The translations under genes were made by a program, and so were the position numbers. The notes under the pieces are model-generated. The model saw nothing but the letters and a program-made list of their open reading frames with translations. It did no database searches and was not told the origin of the DNA. Positions 1-11,500 of a DNA stretch of 31,868 nt are shown here, piece after piece (within the stretch, counting starts at the first letter, position 1; each line of letters opens with the position of its first letter). Source of the DNA: a virus (Duplodnaviria; Caudoviricetes); IMG/VR virus record IMGVR_UViG_3300044513_002991, positions 1-31,868 of that record. One strand, given 5' to 3'.

Positions 1-4
1 CTAC

Positions 5-229
5 ATGAAAGAGATGTGGGGCACAAATCGTCTCGTCTCAGACTATGGTTCTATGGAAAGAATCAATGTTTATGAGGAGAAGAAGGAGTTTCTTCAAGAG
101 ATTATGGACTATGAGAAGACTCATGACTTAAAAAAGCAGTCACAACTTCATGAGAAAATCAGAAATGATGAAGATTATGATGATTGGGAGTATGGCACTG
201 AGCCAAATTATGGAAATCCTTGGTCTTAA
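5..229 (+). CDS. Small acidic hypothetical phage protein, possibly 5'-truncated
   Basis: 74-aa ORF ending just before a late promoter and gp25. The frame is open to the window edge, so the true start may lie upstream. Confidence 0.65.
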   Translation: MKEMWGTNRLVSDYGSMERINVYEEKKEFLQEIMDYEKTHDLKKQSQLHEKIRNDEDYDDWEYGTEPNYGNPWS

Positions 230-230
230 G

Positions 231-238
231 CATAAATA
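231..238 (+). promoter_or_regulatory. T4-type late promoter (CATAAATA)
   Basis: Intergenic match to the TATAAATA gp55 consensus, 23 nt before the gp25 ATG. Confidence 0.8.
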
Positions 239-261
239 AAGGCAAGAAAACCTTCTGACCA

Positions 262-663
262 ATGGCTGTCACACGGATATCAAGAGCATTTAAGGACATT
301 AGTTTGTCATTTGACCCTCATCCGGTGACAAAGGACCTTCCAGTCCTTAAAAATGCGAATGCAATACGTCGCTCTGTGCGTAATTTAGTGGAAACTATTC
401 CTACAGAGCGATTTTTTCAACCTCTTTTGGGGTCTGATGTGCGTTCTAGTCTGTTTGACTTCGTTGATTATGGTACTGCAACCGTAATTCAACAGCAAAT
501 TTTGACTACGATTGAAAATTTTGAGCCAAGAGTAACAAATGTTGAGGTTCAGGTCAATCCACAACCTGATGACAACACATTTGAATGTAATATTATCTTC
601 GATATCATCGGTCAGGACTTTCCAGTTCAAGAATTTACATTCATCCTAGAGGCAACAAGGTAA
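262..663 (+). CDS. gp25: Baseplate wedge subunit gp25
   Basis: 133 aa with FKDISLSF, AIRRSVRNLV.T.PTERFFQP..GS and IENFEPRV motifs of the GPW/gp25 family; directly upstream of gp6. Confidence 0.93.
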   Translation: MAVTRISRAFKDISLSFDPHPVTKDLPVLKNANAIRRSVRNLVETIPTERFFQPLLGSDVRSSLFDFVDYGTATVIQQQILTTIENFEPRVTNVEVQVNPQPDDNTFECNIIFDIIGQDFPVQEFTFILEATR

Positions 664-665
664 AT

Positions 666-2549
666 ATGCCTTTTACTAAGTTTACAAACCTAGATTTTGA
701 CCAGATAAGGGCTCAAATTAAGGATTATCTTCGTGCAAACTCCAATTTTACGGATTTTGACTTCGAAGGGTCCAACTTTTCAGTCTTAATCGACACTCTT
801 GCTTATAATACCTATATTACGGCATTCAATTCCAACATGATTGTCAATGAATCCTTCTTGGATTCAGCAACATTAAGGGAAAATGTCGTTTCCTTAGCAA
901 GAAACATTGGTTATGTACCTCGCTCTAGAAGCGCTGCTAAGGCGAATGTAAGTTTCTCGGTCACAACGAGTAGTAACACTCCTACAATGACCCTACAAGC
1001 GGGTCTGGTGTGTGTAGGAGCGACGAATGAGACGAATTATATCTTCTCAATTCCAGAAAGTGTAACCACCACAGTTTCAAGTGGCACTGCAAACTTTACT
1101 GGTATTGATATCTACCAAGGTACGTTTGTTAAAAACGTCTTTACTGTTGATGGGTCGTTAGATCAGAGATTTATTCTGAATAATTCCTTCATTGATAGCT
1201 CAACAATCGTTGTTAAGGTCAAAGGAATTAGTGATACAGGAGAAGGAAGAGAATATTCACTGGCAGAAAACATTTTAAATATCAATTCCACATCAGAGAT
1301 TTATTTACTTCAGGAAGTACAGGATGAGAAGTATGAAATCTTGTTTGGTGATGGATATTTTGGTAAGAAATTAGAGAATGGTGCAGTAGTTACTGTTTCT
1401 TATATCATCACTGATGGTAAGGATGGTAATGGTGCTTCTAACTTTGCTTTCTCTGGTAGAGTTGTTGACTCCTTGAATAATGTAGTTGTCCCCACAAATA
1501 CTGTAACAGTAACAACCGTCAGTAACGCTGCTAACGGGGGTGACATTGAGAGTATTGAGTCAATCAAGTACTTTGCTCCTAGAATCTATTCATCGCAGTA
1601 CAGAGCGGTCACAGCACGCGATTACGAAGCGATTATTCAGTCCATCTACCCCAACACAGAATCTGTTGCTGTTGTTGGTGGTGAAGAGTTAGACCCACCA
1701 CAGTTTGGTAATGTTGTTATTAGCATCAAACCGAAGAATGGTGACTATGTTTCTGATTTTGACAAACAAACCATTCTGACCAAACTGAAGAATTATTCAC
1801 TGTCTGGTATTAATCAGCAAATCATTGACCTTAAAGTTCTTTATGTTGAAGTTGACTCGGCAGTTTACTACAATCCTTCTCAGGTTACTAATGTAAATGC
1901 CCTGAAAACTACGATTACAAATACTCTGAATACATTTGCTTCATCAAACATCAATAAGTTTGGTGGTAGATTTAAGTATAGCAAGTTATGTCAGACGATT
2001 GATAATGTTGATAATGGAATTACCTCCAACATTACTAGAGTTATTATTAGAAGAAATCTGAAAGCACTGATTAATCAGTCTGCCCAGTATGAGTTGTGCT
2101 TCGGTAATGCTTTCCACTACAAACCAGAAGGATATAACATTAAGAGCACAGGATTTACTCTTGCAGGAAGAACTGGCACCTTCTACTTCACTGATGTCCC
2201 AGACGCTACTGGTGGAAAGGGTGTATTGTCAATCGTTAAAGAATCCACTACAGGTGGTGCTTATATTGTAGAAGTTAAGTCTGCTGGCACGGTTGATTAC
2301 ACCAAAGGTGAGATTATTCTTAACACCTTAAACATCACTTCCACAGTTGAAGCAAACAATATTATTGAGATTCAAGCATATCCAGAATCCAATGATGTCA
2401 TTGGTCTGAAGGACCTTTATCTTAGCTTCTCAGTTGCTGATAGCAAGATAAATATGATTAAGGATACTATTACTTCTGGCGAACAGATATCCGGTGTCGG
2501 ATATAAGACGACTTCTAGCTACTTAAACGGAGAACTAAAGAGGGTATAA
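666..2549 (+). CDS. gp6: Baseplate wedge subunit gp6
   Basis: 627 aa; LDFDQI...FTDFDFEGSNFSVLID.LAYNTY, ESFLDSATLRENVVSLARNIGY.PRS, FGDG..GK and QYRAVTARDY motifs typical of T4 gp6. Confidence 0.95.
   Translation: MPFTKFTNLDFDQIRAQIKDYLRANSNFTDFDFEGSNFSVLIDTLAYNTYITAFNSNMIVNESFLDSATLRENVVSLARNIGYVPRSRSAAKANVSFSVTTSSNTPTMTLQAGLVCVGATNETNYIFSIPESVTTTVSSGTANFTGIDIYQGTFVKNVFTVDGSLDQRFILNNSFIDSSTIVVKVKGISDTGEGREYSLAENILNINSTSEIYLLQEVQDEKYEILFGDGYFGKKLENGAVVTVSYIITDGKDGNGASNFAFSGRVVDSLNNVVVPTNTVTVTTVSNAANGGDIESIESIKYFAPRIYSSQYRAVTARDYEAIIQSIYPNTESVAVVGGEELDPPQFGNVVISIKPKNGDYVSDFDKQTILTKLKNYSLSGINQQIIDLKVLYVEVDSAVYYNPSQVTNVNALKTTITNTLNTFASSNINKFGGRFKYSKLCQTIDNVDNGITSNITRVIIRRNLKALINQSAQYELCFGNAFHYKPEGYNIKSTGFTLAGRTGTFYFTDVPDATGGKGVLSIVKESTTGGAYIVEVKSAGTVDYTKGEIILNTLNITSTVEANNIIEIQAYPESNDVIGLKDLYLSFSVADSKINMIKDTITSGEQISGVGYKTTSSYLNGELKRV
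2447..2454 (+). promoter_or_regulatory. Probable intragenic late promoter (GATAAATA) for gp7
   Basis: Consensus match inside the 3' end of gp6, about 100 nt before the gp7 start. Confidence 0.55.
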
Positions 2550-2550
2550 G

Positions 2551-5500
2551 ATGATAAAAACTGGATTTGAGACGAGGGTAAAAGTTCAGCAAATTATTGA
2601 GAACCAATTACCAGAGTTTTTACGTTCCGAAAGTCCTAAGGCAGTAGATTTTCTAAAGCAATATTATATCTCTCAGGAATATCAAGGTGCTCCAGCAGAC
2701 CTTGCTAATAACTTAGACCAATATTTGAAGATTGATAACCTTACACCAGAGGTTATCACTGGTATTACCACTCTGTCTTCAAGCATTACTGCATCATCAG
2801 ACACTGTACATGTAGGATCTACTAAAGGATTTCCTGCTCAGTATGGTTTATTTCAGATTGATAATGAAATTTTCACTTATACTGGTATCACGACCAACTC
2901 TTTCACTGGTTGTGTAAGAGGTTTTAGTGGAATTACTTCTTATCGTTCAGAATTAAATCCAGAAGAATTAATTTTTAAAGAAACTGATCAGGCAGCACAC
3001 ACATCTGGTGCTACTGTAAAGAATTTAAGCTCTGAGTTTCTGAAAGAATTTTATAAGAAACTCAAGTATACTCTTACTCCAGGTCTGGAGAATGTAGATT
3101 TTGTATCTAATCTGAATGTAAACAACTTCATCAAAGAAGCAAGATCTCTTTACGAATCAAAAGGTACTGAAGAATCATTCAAAATTCTTTTCAAAGTTCT
3201 CTATGGAGTAACTCCAAAGGTTATTGATTTAGAAGATCGTCTCATTAAACCATCTTCGTCTCAATTTTTAAGAAGAGAAGTAATCGTTGTTGAGCCAATT
3301 TCTGGAGATCCTAGCAAACTGATTGGTCAGACTATCAGAAAGTCATCTGATTCTCAGACTCAGGCATCAGTTTCTGAGGTAGAAGTCTTCACAAGAGGCG
3401 GTAATGTCACATATTTCAAACTCGGTCTGTTTGTTGGATATGATGACAGAGACCTTATTGAAGGTACTTTCAACATTCAACCAAAAACAAAAGCAATCAA
3501 TACTGCGAGTGCAGGTGCATCTTCAATTATTGTTGATACCACCATTGGTTTCCCTGCCTCTGGCACATTGATTTCTGGTAACAATACAATCACCTACACA
3601 TCTAAGACTGTAAATCAATTCTTAGGTTGTAGTGGTATTAATAATACTATCTCAGTTGCGGACGAAATCCGTACTGATGAGGTATTCTTTGGATATGAAA
3701 ATGGAGATATTACCAAAAAGGTAGAAGTCCGTATTACTGGTGTCCTTTCTAAGTTTGAAACAGTCAGCGACATCAAGTTATCTACTGAAGGACAAAAAAT
3801 CTATGTGAAGAATGTAGGTGAAAAGATTACAAATCCAGAAAGTGATAAGACCTACAAGCAATTGTTTGCAAACTCCTGGATTTACAATACTAGCAGCAGA
3901 TATTATGTTGATAGTATCAGTGGGTCCAACTTTGTCTTGAAGTCGGATATTGATAAATCAAGTTTAAAGGTCGGAGATACTGTAGATATTCTCTTAGGGT
4001 CTACGGAGAATGTTGACCATGCAAATGCAACCGTTGCATCAATATCTGGTAGTCAAGTTACTTTAGATAATCTGATTGGATTTACATACAATTCAACACT
4101 TGAGTATTCAATTAGAAGAAAGTTAAAAACAGCAAGCAGCACTGGAACTCCAGTTTTGTATGGTAATGGTGCTCTTGTAAGCGATGTACAAAATCTTTAT
4201 AATGAGAATGATGAATACTTCTATGTTGCATCAAACTCACTCCCATCATATGGGATAACAAAAACTGTTAAGAAGTCAAGTATATCTTCAGCAAATTCCA
4301 CAACATTAAAAGGATACAATAGCATAACTGAAAAGTATTCTATTATTTCCTTCCCTACTAGTGTTCCTTTTATCACTGGTGATGAAATTTACTACAGTGC
4401 TAGTGATGCAGCACTGACTGGTATGCCAGAGGGCAACTACTATGTCAAAGTATTATCTCCCGATAATCAAATAAAACTGTATCTGTCTAGGTCTCTGATT
4501 GTTAGTGATAACCCTGTAGAATTTACTTCATCAAGCTCAACTGGATCTCATACTTTTGTATTAGCATCCCAGAAGGATGAAGAAATTAAACCTCAGAAAG
4601 TTCTTAAGAAATTCCCATTTGATAAAAATATTAAACTGGGTAAAAATGAAGCAACTATTCCTGGTTCTACAGGAATGCTTGTTAATGGTGTTGAGATTAT
4701 TAACTATAAATCGGATGATAAAATTTATTATGGTCCATTGGATAAAATTACATTATACAACACTGGTAGTGGTTATGATGTAATCAATCCACCAGATGTA
4801 GTGATATCTGCTGGTGCTGGCACAACAGCTTTGGTTAGACCAACTCTGAAGGGTAGTCTGAAAGAAGTAATCGTTGACCCACAAGATTTTGATATTAAGA
4901 GAATTACATCAGTAACTTTGACTGGTGGAAATGGTAGTGGTGCAATCTTAGATCCAGTTTTAGAAAAAAGATTCCGTGAAGTAGAGTTTGACTCTAGAGT
5001 TTCTACTGATGGTGGTGGTATCGATATCGCTGCAGATACACTGACTTTCTCAACACAACATAAGTTTTCTAACGGAGATGCTATTGTTTATAATAGAAAT
5101 GGAAACAATGCTGTTGGTGTAGGTACTTTTGGTGGCAGTAATGCAGATACTGGCACTACTTTAAGCAGTGGGTCTGTTTACTATACCGAAGTTGTTAATA
5201 GCACGACAGTTAAACTGTATCCAACATTATCTGATTACAATGCAGGTATCAACACTGTAGGATTTACAACATCAAACACTCAGGGTATTCATAAGTTTAG
5301 AACTCTTGAGGGTAAGAATACTCTCAGGTCTATTAAAGTTATCAACCCTGGAAGTGATTATGAGAATAAAAAACTCATTGTCAAACCAGAAAATGTCTCC
5401 ACAGTAGAAGACAATATCTTCTTTGAGAATCATGGATTTTCTGATGGTGATATTGTAAACTACACAACAACTGGTACAGTAATTGCAGGTCTTTCAACCA

Positions 5501-8500
5501 CAATTAGTTACTACATCATCAAGCAAACTGATGATAGGTTTAGACTTGCTTCTGCTGGTGCTGGTGCAACTATTACCACAAATTATGTAAGTGGTAATTA
5601 TGTCAATCTGACTAGCACTGGCACTGGATATCATAACTTCAGTTATCCTGATATTCAGTTGAATATTAGTGCAGAGTATGATGGCGTCTCTGGAATTATA
5701 ACCGCTACTCCAATTGTTACTGGTGAAATTACAAATCTTTATCTCTATGAAAAAGGTACTGGATATGGATCAAATGTCCTCAACTTCCATAAGAGACCAA
5801 GCGTATCAATTAAAACTGGTAAGGAAGTTGAATTAAAACCAATCGTTACGGGTGGTAGAGTTTCTTCCGTCCAAGTAACTAACTCAGGAAGTGAGTATAG
5901 CTCTGCACCAGAACTAACCGTTGTAGGTGCGGGTGTTGGTGCTAAATTAAGAGCAATCGTTTCCAATGGTGAAGTTACTCAAGTTGTAGTTATTAATGGT
6001 GGAATTGGATACAATGCTAATACCACAATATCTGCTATTTCAAGAGGTATAAACGCTTTTGCTGAGGCATCAGTAAGAGAGTTAACTGTAAATAATGAGA
6101 ATAGATTTGGCAGCGAAGTATTATTAGATAATCCAACAAATCTTCAAGGTCTTGAGTATGGTGTTGTTGGATATACAACATCAATTGGAAACCAATTCTC
6201 TGATACTGGGTCTCAGCACTCACCTATCATTGGATGGGCATATGATGGTAATCCAATTTATGGATCTTATGGATATAGTGATGCATCAGATGTAAACTCT
6301 TCTGTTAAAGTATTAGTAAGTGGATACACAAAATCAACCTCTAATGTAACTGATAGACCATCTGGTTTTACATCAGGTTTCTTCGTTGAAGATTACAAGT
6401 TTGATAATTCTGGAGACCTTGACCAGTATAATGGTAGATATTGTAAGACCCCAGAGTTTCCAAATGGCGTCTATGCATATTTTGCAACATTATCCTCCAC
6501 AACTTTCGAATCTACTTTCCCATACTTTGTAGGAAATTCTTACAAGTCACTCTTTGTCTCTCAGAATGTAAATCAAGACTTCAATTTCAATTCCTCAAGC
6601 CTTGTTAGAAATACCTTCCCATATAAGGTTGGTGATAGGTATTCTGATAATGACTTTATTTCAGAGTCTAATGAAATTTTAGTCCAGAGAGCAAATATTG
6701 ATTCCGTAACCAAGGGCGAAGTTAATAAGTTGACTGTCAATCTTGCTGGCACTGGATATGCTGTCGGTGATGTTGCATCATTCGATAATACTGGTACAGA
6801 TGGTGGTGGATTGTCTGCAGATGTTAAGAGCATTACAGGAAAAACTATTACTAATTTAAATACATCAGTCAATACATATCAAGGTGCAAAGGTAATCTGG
6901 GAAGATTCTAACTCAGTTTCTCTGCATATCGATAAAGTCAATGTTGTTGGTGATGGGAACAGTGTTGTTGTTTCTGGACTTTCAACCTTTATTGGTGGAT
7001 TAACTAAATCTCATATTGTTGGTGTTACATCAGAAAAGACTTACCTGATAAAACAAATTCCAAGTAATGCCACTGCGGGGGTTGTTACTGACATGTATGT
7101 GTCAAGAATTCCCGTATCTCTCTCTGTAGGGTCCACAGTTGCTATTGGTACTGAGAAACTATCCGTCCTTACTATATTCCCAGAAAACAAGGTTGTAAGA
7201 GCACTGAGGGGTGTTACAGGCACTGCACACACTGCATCCACAGAAGCATCCGTATTGACTGGAAAATTATCGCTCTCAGTCAAGACACCATACTTCAATT
7301 CAAAACTGAATAAGAAAGTATACTTCAATCCAACCCATTCTGTTGGTATTGGAACTACAACTGGTATTTCAGTTTCTAAAAACTATGTAATCGGAGATAT
7401 AACCAAAACTGTTTCTGTCCCAACCCAAAGCATATACTTACCAAATCATCCATTCAAGACTTCGCAACCAGTTGTTTTTGAAAAGTTAACGGGGTCCAAT
7501 CCAGTTTCTGTTTCAAATACAGAAGGTAGTGGGACATTTAGCATTCCAGCTGGAGATTCTCAAACACTTTATGTAATTAATAAGTCTAAGGATTATATTG
7601 GACTTACAACCGAAGTTGGATTGACAACAAGCACAGATGGTTTGTATTTCAGATCATTTACTGCCAATGGTGATGATACTGATTATCAATATTCATTTGA
7701 AACAAATTATACACAAGTAACTGCAAAAGTACAAAAAATTGAATCTACTTTAACATTATCACAATCTCATTCACTTGCAGTAAATGATAGAGTCACTCTT
7801 ACTGTAAAACCAAATCAGTCAGTAGGAATTGGCACCTCGACAGCAATTGTTGTCAAGTATAATTCTACTAACAACAAACTCCTTATTAATCCTATCGGAT
7901 TTACTTCAACTGGAGTTAGCACAACTACTAATGAGTTAACAATATCTTCTCACGGTCTTTTGACTGGCGATAAGGTATTCTACGATTCTTCTGATGAAGT
8001 TATCTCTGGTCTGGAAACTGGGTCATACTATGTTTACAGAATTGATGATGACACCATCAATCTTTCAAGCACATATTACAATGCACTTTCTTCACCACCA
8101 TCAGTAGTAAGTTTTGCTTCTACTGGAGGATCTGGTCACGAAATCTCCAGAATCAATCCACAAATCAAAACTATTAGAAATAACAATCTGGTATTTGATG
8201 TAACTGATTCTTCTCTCAGTGGATATAACTTCAAACTCTTTGAGGATAAAGATTTCTACAACGAATTGGTTTCTGTTGGGTCTTCAACAACTTTCAATGT
8301 TACTGGAGTTGGCACTGTAGGTGTTTCAACTAACGCATCAGTAACTCTGAATTATGGAAGCACTCTTCCAACCAAAGTTTACTATGCTTTAGAAAAAACA
8401 GGATACATTAGCACATCTGATAAAAATGTTGCAAACTATTCTCAAATTTTATTTGTTGATAGTGACTACAATGGCACATATTCCGTAACTGGAATTGGAA

Positions 8501-11500
8501 GCACCACATTTACAATTTCTCTGAGAACTAATCCAGAAAGACCTTCATATACCCAAAGCAATACTGAAGTCTTGAAGTATTCTACCACTTCTTTGACAGA
8601 GAAAGGTGGTGTAGATTCCATGAGAATTACATCAAAAGGTTTAAACTATAAGAAACTTCCTAAGTTTGTAAGCATTGCTTCTAGCACTGGTGAAAGTGTT
8701 GATATTATTCCAGAGTCTACTAATATTGGTAGAATTAATGAGGTTACTATTGAGGACCAGGGATTTGACTTCTCTGCTGATAAAACCTTAAGTCCAGAAG
8801 CATTTGTTTCACCAATCGTCAATCTTGTTAATAGAAACACAATCACAAATGTTGGCGTTTCTTTCGGTGGTGCTAATTACACATCTGCTCCAGACTTAGT
8901 TGTTGTAAATCCACTGACTGGTCAAGCATACACCAATGGTATTTTAGAGGCAAAGTTACAAGGGTCATCCATTGATGAAGTTGAAATTGTCGAAGTCCCC
9001 AGAGGTCTTTCGGATACAGTTAATAAAGTTTATGCTGTTAATAATAGCAATGGTATTGGAATTGCAAGTTGCATTTCATCTACCTCTGGTATCTTGACAT
9101 GCATCTTAACAACACCTATTGCTGGTTTCACTACTGATGCATTCTCTATTGGCGATAAAGTATTCTTGGAGAATATTAGAAAGTATGGTACTTCTGGAGA
9201 TGGTTTCAACTCTTCTAATCATGAATACAATTTCTTCAATGTAATTGGATATACGAATTCAAATCCAGCTCGAGTAGTTGTTGATATATCACCATATACA
9301 ACAAATGCTGGTGTTGCAATTACTGACCAAAACAATTATGCATCTATTATCAATCAAACTGATTACCCAACATTTACTATAACTCAAGAAACACTCAATT
9401 TCATTATTGGAGAAACACTCTTCACTTTGGATGGGTCAACATATGTTGAAAGAGATTTAGTTGTTACTGAAAACTTGAGCGACAGTATAAAAATTTATGG
9501 TAGCTATGAATTAAGTGCTTCTGAAGTAATTCTTGGTAAGGATTCTGGAACTATTGCTACTGTAGAGTCTCTTGATAATAATAGAGCATTCTTTAGACTA
9601 GATTATTCCTTGAGAAAGGATATGGGTTGGTCTGATGATATCGGTAAGATGAATCTTGATTATCAAGTAACACCCGATAATGACTACTATCAAAATCTCT
9701 CTTATAGTATCAAGAGTCCTATTGAGTATGAAGACCTTGTAAATCCAGTAAATCGTTTACTGCACACCAGCGGTCTTAAGAATTTTGCGGATACTGAGAT
9801 TTCTAGTAAGTCTACTGTCGCTGCTGGCACTAGCATCTCGTCTTCAAGTCTTGCATTGTTGGATATCATCTCTGAGGAGAGAGTTGATACAATCAAGAAT
9901 TACGACCTTGCTATTGACATTGACACTCAAAGTTTCTCACCAACAAAGTCCAAATTCTTGAAGTTGCAGAATAAGAAACTGTCCAATTATATTGAGTGCT
10001 TAAGCAACAGAGTGCTTCCTATCGACAATGTTAGCGCACAATTCTCCAGCAATAATGGAGAAACTGAATTGTATGCCGACATATCTGACTATAGCATCAA
10101 TGACGGATATAGCAGATTCTTAGTTCAGATTGTAAATCCAGATAATACTGAAAGACAGACTACAGAGGTAATTACTCTACCTTCACCATCTGGCGACATT
10201 GTTACGGTTGAGAAGGGGTCAGTATATAATACAGCAAATGAAGTTGGTGAGTTAACTGGATTTATCAATGGATCCAACGAACTTTCACTCAGATTTATTC
10301 CTGATGAAAAGTTTAACTCAGACTATGATATTAAGATTCTGAAGAATAATTTCTCCAGTGGTCTTACTGGAATTGGCACTCAGTCTATTGGATTTATCAA
10401 TCTTACTGGAGCAAATGTTTCTGTTGGAAGTGCAACTACACAAACATTCTTCAGTGCAGATACTGGTTCAGCAAAAGCATTCTTTATTAATGCTGAGGTT
10501 GAAAACAGGACTACTGATGAAATTAATTATGTTGAACTTTATGTAAGTCACAACGACACTGACACATATATTTCTGAATACTACTTTGACAATGATTCCC
10601 CATCAGAATTGACTGGAAGATTTATTGGATCTTTCAGTGCTAATATAGACTCTGGTGTTGTCTCAATCAAATATAACAATACAGATTCTAATGATGTATT
10701 TGTCAGGACTAGAATTGTTGGATTTGGCACTACAGCATCTGGCATTGGCACCTATAGATTTAAGAGCTCTGGTCAACCAGATGGTTCTGAAAATACCGCA
10801 AGACTGGAAAGTGGATTTGTCAATGCATCAGGTATTTCCACAATACTGACAGTTTCTAAGAGTGATGTTACTTCTATTAAAACTATTGCAAGAATTGGAT
10901 ATGGAAGCACAACTTCATTACATCAATTGTTGACCATTCATGATAATACTGATACATATCTAACTCAATATCCATTCTTATCTGATGATAGTGTAACTGG
11001 TATCGGCACCTTCGGGTCTGAAATCAGTGGGTCTGACTTGATAGTCAAATTCTACCCAGACGCTTCAGTAACTGATACTGTTAATATTCAAACCTATAGT
11101 GAAATTATTCAAACAGAAAGAGATTTAATCAACATTCCATTAGATTTAACTTATGGCACCATTTCAGAATCTGTCTCAGTTTCTGCATACAATGGAAGAA
11201 ATGGAAATAGAGTTAATAAGTTAGACTTTGACCTTAAGACTAATAATACACCTATTTTCCAGAAAACCTTTAATCCATCAAACACTGATGTTTTAAATCT
11301 TGGCACGGGCACCTTTACAATTAAAGATCACTTCTTTAGCACAGGTGAAAAATTAAATTATGTTTCTGCATCATCGTTTAGTGGTCAATCTTCTAGTGAT
11401 ATTCAAGTTTCTGGAGCAAGTGACCTCCCAGACGAAGTTTATGCTATTAGAGTTAACAGTGACCAATTTAGATTAGCAACTTCTAAAGCGAATGCGACTG

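Noticed and set aside
262-663. gp25 as a lysozyme
   Set aside because: The lysozyme label on this family is a historical annotation; the sequence supports only a structural baseplate role.
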